DNA of 64,000 nucleotides, taken from NCBI GenBank assembly GCA_030167865.1, contig JALAGF010003770.1, positions 1 to 64,000 of the forward strand, written 5' to 3'. Shown one piece after another: positions 11,385 through 22,555 of this stretch (positions are counted from its first letter, which is position 1; the number at the start of each line of letters is the position of its first letter). A model generated the notes under the pieces. That model had not been told where the DNA came from, searched no databases, and worked only from the letters and a program-made list of their open reading frames with translations. The stretch comes from Craspedostauros australis. Lineage: Eukaryota. The position numbers and the translations under genes were made by a program.

Positions 11385-12090
11385 CATGGAACAGACGTCT
11401 CCGCTTGTCGCATGTATCAATATTTCGATGTACTCAGACTCTACCATCCTGTCCTATTCATAGAATCTGAACCTTCATTGCACGAGCGTTGCCAAGTATT
11501 ATTATTCTCCAATTCTCATACTCTCTTTGTGCTCCACTACCGTACAAAACATGCGTACGGAGAGTACGCGTAATCCATCAAACTGTATTCTCCTCTTCGG
11601 TGTCATTGTGGAACGTGGCATTCTCTAAAATACGATCTATGGTATGTTGATATTACATACGTACCATACGTGCTCGAACTTCCAAGTTTGTCATGTTCCA
11701 TTGATTGCACATCGCATCACGTCGAGTGTTAGCAATCACCTGTATCAAAAGCGATTGTGCTCTACTATGTTCCTTTACCAGATATTGGACAGATGTGGCC
11801 GCATTGTACGCATTGCATATGATCAGATGATATACCGTAGCACACTGGTAAGATGCCATAAACCGACACCATGTATAGTCGGAGTAGATATGTTCATTGT
11901 TGCACACCGACGCCGACGCTCACCTTGACATTCACACTTCAAGGCTCTGTCGTTCGTCGTATAATACCATACGCCACACATGTTTGGACTGTTTCTCATT
12001 CTTTCACCTCCTTTCGTCCTTCCTTCCACCCTCGCACTGTCTCCCTTCGTGTGTGGTGTTGGTAGATGGACGCACTCACAGTTCCAGATG

Positions 12091-12998
12091 TCACGTGGAC
12101 TGCTCCGAACCGGAGGATCCGGATCCCGAAATGGAGTCTTCCATCATTTCGAACTCGGATTCGGCCGTGTAGTCCTCACTTTCGATGCAGTAGGGTCCCA
12201 GATCCGGTCTCTCCTCCACCCTGTGCGTGTAGCAGGTTCGTTTTCTGCCAAAGTAGGCAATCATCCCTAACGCCGTGAGGGACGCCACGCTCATCGTCAT
12301 GGTCGTGTAATCGCCCTTCATCGACATGGTGTAGCTGTTGGTCGGCGTCAGCGTCACATCGCAAATGGATTGTCCACCCTGCTTGTCTTGGAAGTCGGCC
12401 GACAGCGTGATCTGTCCGGAGGACCACCATGCTGTGCTGCCGTATTCCGGTGGTTCGTAGTATAACGTGAAGTTGTACAGACCCGCATCAGGACAGGTGT
12501 ATCCGAAGTCTTCCGAGGTTGTGAGGGTGTCGCATGGGTACGCAACGTCCGCGAAGAAAGTGGACGAAAGGACGTTGGGGATGTACGCGGCGATGGTCAC
12601 GTAAAGTGGCTCTGACATCTCCTCATCAACGTTGACTGTTCGATGGGATTCATGGTGCGAGACAGCGGCATGATGTGGTATGGTGGGTATTTTGTGATGG
12701 ATGGTGTGAGTCGTCGGTGCTCGTTCCGAACAGAACAAGGTATATGCATGCCATGCGACGCATCTCAACATCAGATGAACCCAATACGAGACGACGGTTG
12801 TGCTCACTTACCCGATCCGGTCAACTTGATGCTACTCGTTCCAAAGTCGCAGTCGCCGCGACCGCATTGTATGCTAAGCGATGCCAATTCCAGGTTGCCC
12901 GAGCATTGGTAGCTGTCGATCGACAGGTACACTGCGTGACATTGCGCCATCAATGTGGCGGCCAGCACCATCATGCATTGCATCCTGTTCATCGTCAT
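12091..12998 (-). CDS. Type-I membrane protein with ML/NPC2-like ectodomain (paralogue A), 2 exons
   Basis: Exons 12998-12812 and 12635-12091 (phase-1 intron, gtaagt..aacag). Signal peptide, six ectodomain cysteines, CPDAGLYNF motif, TM (SVASLTALGMIAYFG) followed by RKR, and a tail containing EFEMMED. Confidence 0.7.
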
Positions 12999-14296
12999 GG
13001 TCTTCGTCACTGTTCGTCCGATTCCTCGATGGATTGATTGTTTGCTTGCTTGCTTGTTTGATGACTTGGTTTTCGAACTTTGAGTTTGGGCATTCAGACC
13101 TGCAAACCGCTCTGTTGTTTGGTCTGCTGTTTGAGCGATACAAGTGTGTCACGGTGAGGTTTTCGCAACGCGAGCATCTCCCACCAATCGATCATCCATT
13201 TGCACATCAACGGCGCCGCCATGACTGTTGTTGCTGTCGTTGCCTCTTGCGTCTCCTCTTGTCCTCGTGAGCGCCTATTCCACTTTTCTGCATCCGTTTG
13301 CTCGCAACCACCGACAAAAATACAACTGCAGCCAGCCAACCGTTGGCGCGTGGCTCTGCCTGTGCGTACTTATGTACGTTGAGTTTTGTTCGTGTCGCTG
13401 CGTTGTCCTCATCACTACGGTTTCAACGTCTCAGCGATTTATATTGTAATAGGATTTGGATATAGTTATTTCATCGTACTTGTGCGTAACTGTTGGCAGT
13501 CACAAGCAAGGTAACATGTGACACCTTATTTATTCTTGTCCAACCGCCGTCACAAGATTGGCTTTCGCCAATTGCGCGGGCTGACTTTGGGTTACTTAGT
13601 CATCGAAAGCTCGCCGCGCCTATGTGACAAAGCGCAACACGCACGACTGCGCAAACATCACAAAATCCCTCTTGTTTGGTTGTCACGTCAGGTGAGAAAC
13701 CACAGTGTTTACAGCGCCCACAAAAATTGAGAGAACAAGAACGAACTTCGCGATCAAATGCTCGCGTGGAGCTGATTGACGAACGACGCAGAGCCAACCA
13801 GATTGGACGAACTGCTTCACATCGACAAGTTCATCCACCCGGCCAGCGCCTCCGTGTTGCGCAAGGAAGGCGGAGTGCCGCGAGGGCAAAGAGGTGATGA
13901 CTTTCTCAATGAAAATTGGTGAGAAAGCAATCACACGAAGTTCAGCATCTCATGTGTCACGCCTCTGATCCAAACTTTCTTTCGTGTTTCTTTGCAACTT
14001 CTGTGATCTTGACGAGAGACATCACGCACAAGCCACTGTTGCTGAGGATTTGGCGAATCCGGCGTTTCTCGAAGGAGTCCCCTCCAGAGTACCGGGTACC
14101 ACGCCGCTACATTTGTACCGATACTACTTCTACTCGTACAGCAACACTTGAATTAGCTACACTCTACTATACATTCGACGGTTGCTCTTCACACTTTCGA
14201 CATCAGATCACATAGATTTGGAAGACTGCATGGATTACGACATGCCTTCTCAGCGGACTGCGCTATCCTGGAGGCACCATGCCATGTGCAGATAGC

Positions 14297-15620
14297 TCAT
14301 GCCGTGTATGCTTGATACTGGCTGATGTCGCGTTGCTCTCCATGCCCAATTGGACCTCGTTGCTCTTGTGATTGCTCTCTCTGGTCTCGCTGTTGCCAGG
14401 GATTTTGCCAATTCGGCCGGCTGGGCCATGCGAACGACATCGGAGGCAGCGACCATGTTTTCTTGGAGTCGCCAGTCTTCGATTCCATCTCCAGATACGA
14501 CATGAATGTCGACGCTGACGCTACAGCCGATGACGACAACGATTGGGACGAGCGAGACTGATCTGGGTCCGCTGCGATGGATGAGGATGACATACCATCT
14601 CTCGTATTGCGTTGCTGTTGGCTTGCGTGGTCGCCCTCGTCGCCATTGAGATTATCCTCGGACTCTTCACCCATGAGAGGGGATGAACGTGTGCTGCTGT
14701 CCGCCTCCATCATAATCTGTCGTCGTTTGCGTTGCACGAGAGCTGCCAATCCTGCCAGACCCATGAGACTGTAGCCGTACGTTGCCTTGCTTCCTGACGA
14801 TGAATCTTCTCCTTTGCCAACATGGATGGCCAAGTTGCATGTTGCGTAATCCACATCTTCGCCATCCAACCCCGTTATTTCGACGGTCATGCCCACATTG
14901 AAACCGTGCCAGTTCGAGTAAAACGAATCCTCCTTATCTGGTATCTGAAATGGCACGTAGAAGTTGTAAAGCCCTGCCTCGGGGCATGCGTACCCGGCAT
15001 CGCTGCCCGCCGGTGGCATGAGGCTGTTGGAATTGCACGGTTTGACTGTCGATGATTGGATGGTGTTGAAGGAGAGTCCGAAGATTCCCATCTTTATGTC
15101 GATCTTTGCCAGCGATGGCATCTGTTGTTGTCGTCACATCACAAATTCATGGGATTGTTCCGGGTTCAAGAGTGTAAGAATGTGTCGCATCTCAACAATG
15201 TTCGTGAGTCTAGACAATGCTTCAACAGCACCACATCACATCACATCACATCGCGAGCGCAAAGTTCGGACTATCATCGCGCAACTTCGCACGCTGCGCC
15301 TCTTCAGCGTCATGCTCATCAGGGTTTGCCAGAGGAATCTGTTGAGCATCCGTATCGCCGCGAGGACGTACCTCCGAGAGTGCATTTATCTGTCCCGAGA
15401 CGTAAGCAGTGGAACCGTACGAGTACTCGGCTTGGTCTGTCTTGAACAGCATCAATGCCAATTCTCCAGAACACGACTGTGTTCCTTGTTTCACTGATAG
15501 AGTGCTGGACCCTGCGGTGCTGACGGCCTGCATCACCATCAGCAGAAGGGTGGGTGAAATGCGACCCATCATGCTTCTCCTTTGTGTCGGTGCACGAGCG
15601 TTTCTCGTTGTTTTCGCCAT
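14297..15620 (-). CDS. Type-I membrane protein with ML/NPC2-like ectodomain (paralogue B), 2 exons
   Basis: Exons 15620-15372 and 15121-14297 (phase-0 intron, gtacgt..aacag). Signal-like segment PTLLLMVMQAVSTA, four cysteines, CPEAGLYNF motif, TM (YGYSLMGLAGLAALV) followed by QRKRR, and a long Ser-rich tail. The true start may be the MM near 15572. Confidence 0.65.
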
Positions 15621-16210
15621 GGTGCAAAGGTCGTTCTGCTACGTGCGACGTGTGATCTGGTCGTCTGGTGCTTGCGCTGGTTGTCTACTGCCTTGATGTT
15701 GTTGTGAACGATGGGGTGGGATCTGTCGCGATGTGTGTTTCTACCTTGTTGTGTTGTTGTGTTGTTGTGTTGTGTGTGTTGCGGTGTTGTGGGCTGTTGT
15801 GCGTGATCTGCACCCAAAACGAATTTGCGTTGGATCGTCGGAGGGAGAATCGGCGATAGGTTTGGGTCGGCTGGCGCGGACCACATCTTCCGGAGTTCTT
15901 GTTTGACGACAAAAATGTCATCGTTTCAAGAACACAAAAATAACATCTATAACGTCTTTTGGGATCATTGTGGAAATACATAAACATGCAATATATCAAG
16001 CCTCACAATGGAAATGCACGATTGGAACTTGACACATCCTATCTGCTGCGCTTCTGCAACCGTTGAATGTCAAACCAGGTCAACACTGCACCTACTCAAC
16101 GAAGTGCTGGAGTGGAGGTCTTTCCATTTTTTTAATCTAAATACATGCACTTGATACTAAATACTACTCTCGTTCTACGGCATCGCTTGGACAATCATCA
16201 TTGCCATCGT

Positions 16211-17149
16211 CTATACCTGGACGCCATCCTTGCTCATCATTTCAAAGTGCGTCATTGTCTCTCCTTCCTCCGCGGCGAGATCGATGGTCGCAACACGTCG
16301 CCTCTTCATGGCAATTGTGACGATGGCACCGACGAACGCAAGAGCGGCCCCAGTGATGGTCGCTGTTCGTGTCATGCTGTATCCCGACTTTCTGATCTTG
16401 ACCTGGAAGGTGCACGTGGAACCAAGGTCCTGGAAGTTGGCCTTGATCTTGGCAGTGAGCAGACCTCCGCTGATGCTGGAGTACCATTTGTCATCGGACA
16501 ATGGAAGAGTCTCTTTTGTGCTGAACGAGTAGGTTCCCGCCGACGGACACGACGAGCCGGTGGTGGATTCCACCCCCTTGCAGAGCTGCGCCTGACCATC
16601 GTACACAGTGATTCCCAGCATGGATGCTGTGACCTTGACAGGTGTGTCTCCCGATGACAGGTCGCTGCTCAGGGTGTCTGAGAACACATTTGTGCATGGT
16701 ATTGTGGAGCAAGTGAATTCGGTTCCGAAGCGAACGAAAGAGGAATGGCGTCAGATTGGGTGAAGTGCTTGTCATGTGTGAGAAATAAGGTGTTGTCACG
16801 CGCTCATCGCAGTACGAGTCGTCGTATGCAAGTGAAGCAATCCTTTGCCACATCATGACAAATGAGAAACTTGATGCTGCTGCTGCTCTGTTTCTACATG
16901 GATTGAGTGCTCTGCGTCCAACTGCAAGTACATGCAATTGTATCATGTTCGTATGTACGTACAGGAACCGGAGATTGTGGCCTCGGATCCCCATGTGCAG
17001 TAGGAATCGGCGCAGGACATGGAGAGGCTGTCGAAGGACAGGGATCCTCCGGAGCATCCTTGCATGGTCACCTGCACTGCCGCCGATGAGGCAGACACTT
17101 CGGTCGTCTGGACCAGGAGGAGGGCAAGGAGGGTGATGAATCGCTGCAT
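16211..17149 (-). CDS. Type-I membrane protein with ML/NPC2-like ectodomain (paralogue C), 2 exons
   Basis: Exons 17149-16963 and 16677-16211 (phase-1 intron, gtacgt..ctcag). Signal peptide MQRFITLLALLLVQTTEVSA, six cysteines, CPSAGTYSF motif, TM (ITGAALAFVGAIVTIAM) followed by KRRR, and a tail ending HFEMMSKDGVQV. Confidence 0.72.
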
Positions 17150-18138
17150 GGTGATGTGTTGGTGTAGTAGGGGTATGTTACTCGTTGGTGAGAATGTGAT
17201 GGGGCGGCGTTGGTTCGTTCGTTCGTTTGTTCAGGAAGGAGAAGGAGCAAAGGACGTTTGTTGCTGAATTGTGAACCTCGGTGGAGAGATGACATCAATG
17301 GCGACTGGTGAAGAGGACACACAAGAGGGATTGACGAGCATCTCGCCGTCACAGGTCTTCGTTTTGTTGTTGCTCGACACGACCCACCACTACAGAATTG
17401 GCTTCCACTGGTGTTTTTGGCGTTGTTGCGGTTGCTGTTTGTCCGTTGGGGTCCATCAACGCGCGGCTGTGATAACGGTTGCGTGTCTCAACAGTAGACA
17501 CGTATCCGACTCAACTGATTATCAATGAAAGAGAACCGATGACATGAATCGAATGTGTCATGCATCTTTGCGTCACGAGGAACTTCATCCTCCACCAATC
17601 AGCCAAGCGATTCTTCGCAACACAATCCGACCTCTGAAATCCACGATTCGCAACACCAATTCAGCGTGGACAGGGCACAGCGGGAAACAACACGAACGCG
17701 ATGGGCTTCCACCCATCAACCCATCGATGCACCATTGATCGTAGTCATTGATCTCGCTCATCTGCAAAGGAGAGTGCTCGACATACTCGAAGTAGCAACA
17801 TACCACTCTGCTCGAGCGACAGCGCAAACATTAGTCCATTCGGCGGCTTGCATCCCGCACTCGCACGAAGACATCGCAAAGACGCATCCATTTGACTCAT
17901 TTTCATCGAAAACTGCGCAGGAGAGAGGAAATTCTCAGACACATGCTCGCACTTGGATATACCAGCAGAGTATTGGTAGAGCGACCATTTGTTGGCGTTG
18001 CGACAAGTTATCAAGAGCAGAGCGCATTCGAGACTTCCTCGCAAGCGGAAGCAGGAATAGTATCGCACAGTACTGCACCAATACTTCAAGCACTACTCTC
18101 TCTCTCACTCTTCCATACTCCGAGATCATTGCAAAAAG

Positions 18139-19518
18139 ATGGCAGGAGGTAGCAAGAAATCCACGGCACCATCTCTGGATGGCAAGGCCATTCTGTACAT
18201 GAGCTTGCTGGCCTTCCAGTTCGGACTGCAACCAACGCTGACGAGGAGGTTCACACCGCAGGGAATCTGCCGATCGACTGTCATATTGGTTCAGGAAGTT
18301 CTCAAGTTCTTTCTGGCATTCGCAATGCTCAGTCTCAGCGGGTCCAAGTCATCCGCATTGGAAGGTATGAACGAACAAGGTGATCTTCTGCTTGCTACGG
18401 ATCCGTCCATTAACGATCTTTCGATATTGTGATGGTGCAATGGTATACTGATAGAATGGTATAATGGTGTGATGATGGCAACATCACATCATGTGTCAAC
18501 ATGGAACAGAATGTTGTGGATGAGCAGAGTCAATTCATTGTCTTTCAAGAAACTATTGTGGTGAGCATGTTCACCTCGGCACGTGATCACAACCATCCTA
18601 ACGCCACCTCCTCCCTCCAATCACTTCCTTCATCCATGCTCAACTCTCTCTCTCTCCGTCTCCTCTGCAATGAACATCTCACCACCATTCTACCCCACTG
18701 TCCAACCCTACTTGATACGATGCGCAGGTTGGAATGTCAGCACATGGGTGAGCGTGGCAGTGTTGCCAGCAGCGCTGTACGCCGTTCAGAACATCGCGGC
18801 GCTCACAGCATACCAGAATCTGGACGCGCTGACATTCAACGTTCTGAATCAAACCAAGACGCTGTCGGCAGCATTGTGCTGCTACCTCGTCATCGGACGC
18901 AAGCAAAGCCAAATGCAAATCCTCAGTCTGTTCATGCTGTTGTTCGCAGCGCTGGTCATGGAACGGATGGTGTCGTTGGATAAGATGTTTTCAGGACCGC
19001 AGGATGCCACGGACATTCCGGAATGGGACAGCACGCACTGGACGCACGGCGTGGCACCGATCCTACTGGCGAGCTTCATCTCTGGTCTCACGGGCGCCCT
19101 GTCGCAAAAGAACTTGCAATCGCTGGGTGGCACCGGGCGCAACCCGTATCTCTTCAGCATGGAACTGTGTGCCGCCAGCGTCATCATCCTGATCGCCAGC
19201 ATATTCGTGACGCCGGATGGCAAGCGCATTGCCGAGGATGGGTTTTGGAACGGGTGGACGCAAACAACGTGGATACCGATCATCACGAACTCCATGGGTG
19301 GCATCATCGTCGGTCTCGTGACCAAGTACGCCGGGTCGGTGCGAAAGGGATTCGCGCTGATCTTCGGCATGCTGCTGAGCGGGCTGGTGCAGGCGTTCCT
19401 GCAAGATGTTGGCGTTTCGAAAGAGCAGATCGTCGGAGGTGTCTTGGCCGCGACGAGTCTGTGGATTCATGCCACCAATCCGTACGTTGCACCAAGCGAC
19501 AAGACGAAGGCAGACTAG
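18139..19518 (+). CDS. Nucleotide-sugar transporter (SLC35A-like, UDP-Gal/UDP-GlcNAc/CMP-Sia type), 2 exons
   Basis: Exons 18139-18364 and 18728-19518. Motifs: STVILVQEVLK, PAALYAVQN, FNVLNQTKTLSAAL and GGIIVGLVTKYAGSVRKGF. Multi-TM. Confidence 0.85.
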
Positions 19519-20382
19519 AGTACGAGCTATTGCAGCAGCATTCTTCCCTGCTACGTACGCACCGGCGGTGAATGAGGCGGTATGCAACAACCTTCCTCAT
19601 CACATTTGTTCCGATGTCCACTTGGCCTTGGAGTACCATACCCGCAGGTACAAGCACCTGTTATCCTCTCAAAGTACGAATAGAAGGGCAAACTCCAAAG
19701 GAGAAAATCTCATTTGAGCCAGAAAGTCAGCCACGGTGCATTCTGAGTGACGCATTTCTCAAGAAGCGACGTGACAAGATGTCGTCCTCGCTGCCTTCGC
19801 ACAATGCACGCACAGACGAGTGCGGTCCCTATCGTTCTTTTTGTCCCTCCTTCTCTCTCTCTCACGAACACGCTTGCATGAGCAGCTACATGCTTGTCTT
19901 TCTGCTCTAGTGGTAGCAGCTGCCTCACCGGGAGAACAAAGCATGCTCCCAATCACTCATCTTGTTTTGCATCACGCAACAGAGTCTCATATTCATTTTC
20001 TAGCTTCGAACATCTGGACTCGTCTGATCAAGCAAGCTCTGTATTCGTGATTCACGCCTTCGCAACGACTCACATCAACAGCGATGAATGTGCTTGTGTT
20101 CGTCCTTCAACCGTCCAAACCCGAACCATCAACTCACAAAATGGAGAACAACGCAACATGGAAACAACACACGATCGGGTTTGGCGTTGGCAGTGTTTGT
20201 GGTGTTTGTGGTGTTTGTGGTGATGGGGGGAGTGGAGACGAGAACTTGCTGATGGAGCACTGGTGTTGGACATCGAACCATTTCGCGGCCACATCCCCAA
20301 ACAAACATCGCACACAAGCCAAGCAAAGGCGCATTGAGGATACAATAGAAGATAGTGTGTCTTGTAGCGGAACACAAGAAGC

Positions 20383-21831
20383 ATGGTGCTGGATCTACGA
20401 AATCGTCACAAGGGCAGGGCTGTCGGCCACGCTCCCGAGGACAAGGATCAAGCGCTGGTGAAGACTCCGTACGGCAAGGGTCAGGTGATCCGAACGCGAA
20501 AGGACAAGGGCAGTGGCAAGGTCACCATGCGCGAGATCGAGCTGTTGGATTGGAAGCAGCAACCCGCAGCGGCATCTTCATCGGCGTCGAAGGGACCTGC
20601 CCGGCCCAACCTGCTGTACTCACCGCAGCAGTTCCCCTCCGTTCCCGCAGCGGCCGGCGACGATGTGATGACGCAGTACGGCAGAGGGCAGATCACGGAA
20701 GTCAGGGCGGACGGCACGTGCGTCGTGGACATCAAGTCGTGGAGGCTGGCAGGACGATCCACCGTCAAGTGCTACATGCCGTTGACGCAGGTCCAGGTGC
20801 TGCGGCCCAAGAAGCGATACGAGATGAACGTCTACGACAAGGTGGAACGAGCGCAGGAGCTGAAGCAGCAGGCCAACCAGTGGTTCGCCAAGAAGGAGTT
20901 CGAGAAGGCGCTCAACATGTACGCGCAAGCCGTGGACTTTGTGCGGTGGGTGCAGCATGATCACCAATCCACCAACGAAGTGCGTGCCGACCTCCTCGTC
21001 ATCATGATCACGTGCTCCAACAACGCCGCGACCTGCTGCTACCAGCTGCACAAGTGGGAGGAGACCAAGAAGTTTGGAAAGAATGCCTTGGTGCTGCTGG
21101 ATGCCATGTACGAGAAGCGGCGCGACAGCAAGATCATGGCAGTTCTCAGCAAGGAGGGCAAGACGGAGTCACACATCTTTGGAACATGGAAGGCCAAGAC
21201 GTGCCTGCTCATAGCAAGGGCGCATGCGGAAAAGGGCGACACGCACGAAGCAATCGAAGTTGCCAGGAAGGGGCTGGAGGTCGTTGCCGAATTCAAGAAA
21301 GACTCGGATCCCATGTTTAAACAGCTTGCCAGTCAGGAGAAGCAGATACGCAAGCTTCTTCTGGCCTGCAAGGAACGGCTCAAGATGGAGAAGCAGAAGG
21401 AGAAGAAACGCGCCAAGGCCATGTTTGGCGAATCCAGCAAGGCAAAGAAAGCAGCCGACACACCAAAACCTGGCGGCGGCAAGGCCACTGCCACAACAAA
21501 ATCTACTTCGCCAGTGATGTCATCACGCTCGTTGGGGGCTTCGCCGTCGGCAGCTTCGAAGCAGGATGATTCAGCAAGTGCGCAGCAGCAGCAGCCGCCA
21601 CAGGAGGCATCCACGACCAGAGGGATCCTGACAACGCCGTTGGAACAGTCGGATCCCAAGCCCAATACGCCGCGGCGGAAGCAGCGCGTCTCCTTTGCCG
21701 ACGGAAGCAAGCCTGGAGAAGATGAAGACGAGGAATCGTTTTTGGATGAGCACAAGGAGGCGCTGTTCATTGTCGGCAGCGTTGCCCTTGGCGTTGCAGC
21801 GACATGGTTGCTGGGAAGGAGCAGGCGCTGA
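20383..21831 (+). CDS. TPR-domain protein with N-terminal TxYGxG repeats and a C-terminal tail anchor
   Basis: Repeats VKTPYGKGQV and VMTQYGRGQI. Co-chaperone-like TPR helices (AQELKQQANQWFAKKEFEKALNMY; SNNAATCCYQLHKW). C-terminal TM LFIVGSVALGVAATWLLG-RSRR*. Confidence 0.75.
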   Translation: MVLDLRNRHKGRAVGHAPEDKDQALVKTPYGKGQVIRTRKDKGSGKVTMREIELLDWKQQPAAASSSASKGPARPNLLYSPQQFPSVPAAAGDDVMTQYGRGQITEVRADGTCVVDIKSWRLAGRSTVKCYMPLTQVQVLRPKKRYEMNVYDKVERAQELKQQANQWFAKKEFEKALNMYAQAVDFVRWVQHDHQSTNEVRADLLVIMITCSNNAATCCYQLHKWEETKKFGKNALVLLDAMYEKRRDSKIMAVLSKEGKTESHIFGTWKAKTCLLIARAHAEKGDTHEAIEVARKGLEVVAEFKKDSDPMFKQLASQEKQIRKLLLACKERLKMEKQKEKKRAKAMFGESSKAKKAADTPKPGGGKATATTKSTSPVMSSRSLGASPSAASKQDDSASAQQQQPPQEASTTRGILTTPLEQSDPKPNTPRRKQRVSFADGSKPGEDEDEESFLDEHKEALFIVGSVALGVAATWLLGRSRR

Positions 21832-22555
21832 ACAGGATGGATACAATCAACATAAATCACACGCTTATTCACACGCTTGATCGCACGAGCAAGCACGCGC
21901 AGACAAACGAGCGAACTGGCAACGAGGGCAGGAAGGCATGGAGTTGCGCACTAGATTGAGTGGACACGGAATGCTATACCAGATGATACTCCGCGCAACA
22001 CTCCCCAATGAGCTGGGTGCCCGGAAAGAGAATAGCTGGGCATGCCTGTCCGTTCGTAGCGGATGTTCAGGCAGAGTTACGAAAGAGCGAACACGTTCCA
22101 CTTCATTCCTTGCATCTCAGCTTCTTTTCTACGTTGCTGCGATTAGCTGTATTGGCGACATTGTTCCCGTGTGAATGACATGGTGTCATAGCGAAAAGAA
22201 ATATGCAGACCGTGGAGTATTCATCATTTCGATCTCATCCACGATGGAGCAAACATAATCGATGACGATCCACGCTGAAGCCGTTCGTTCTACCAACAAT
22301 CGTGTTGCCATGCTTGTAGCTCGTCTGAATGATGGCGCTGGGCATGCTGGACGTGTTGACCGAAGTTCTCGGTATGCTCCAGTTCCTTCCGCGGCATACC
22401 CGCGGCATGGTTTGCACAAGGCAAAATGCACAACGCGTGCATAATTCAGTCAAACCCTGTCCAGTTCAATCCAGTTCACTCCAACCCAGTTCGTTCTTAT
22501 CCATTGGAACATTCCTGCCTGCCAGCCAGCCAACGTCAACAATCCACTTCACACC

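Noticed and set aside
13902-13926. Short inverted repeat tttctca...tgagaaa between ML-like paralogues A and B
   Set aside because: The 7-bp arms are expected by chance, and no terminal inverted repeat pair, target-site duplication or transposase was seen.
12091-17149. Trio considered as silicanin/SAP-type silica deposition vesicle proteins
   Set aside because: There is no NQ-rich domain or obvious RxL propeptide, and the cysteine spacing fits ML/NPC2 better.
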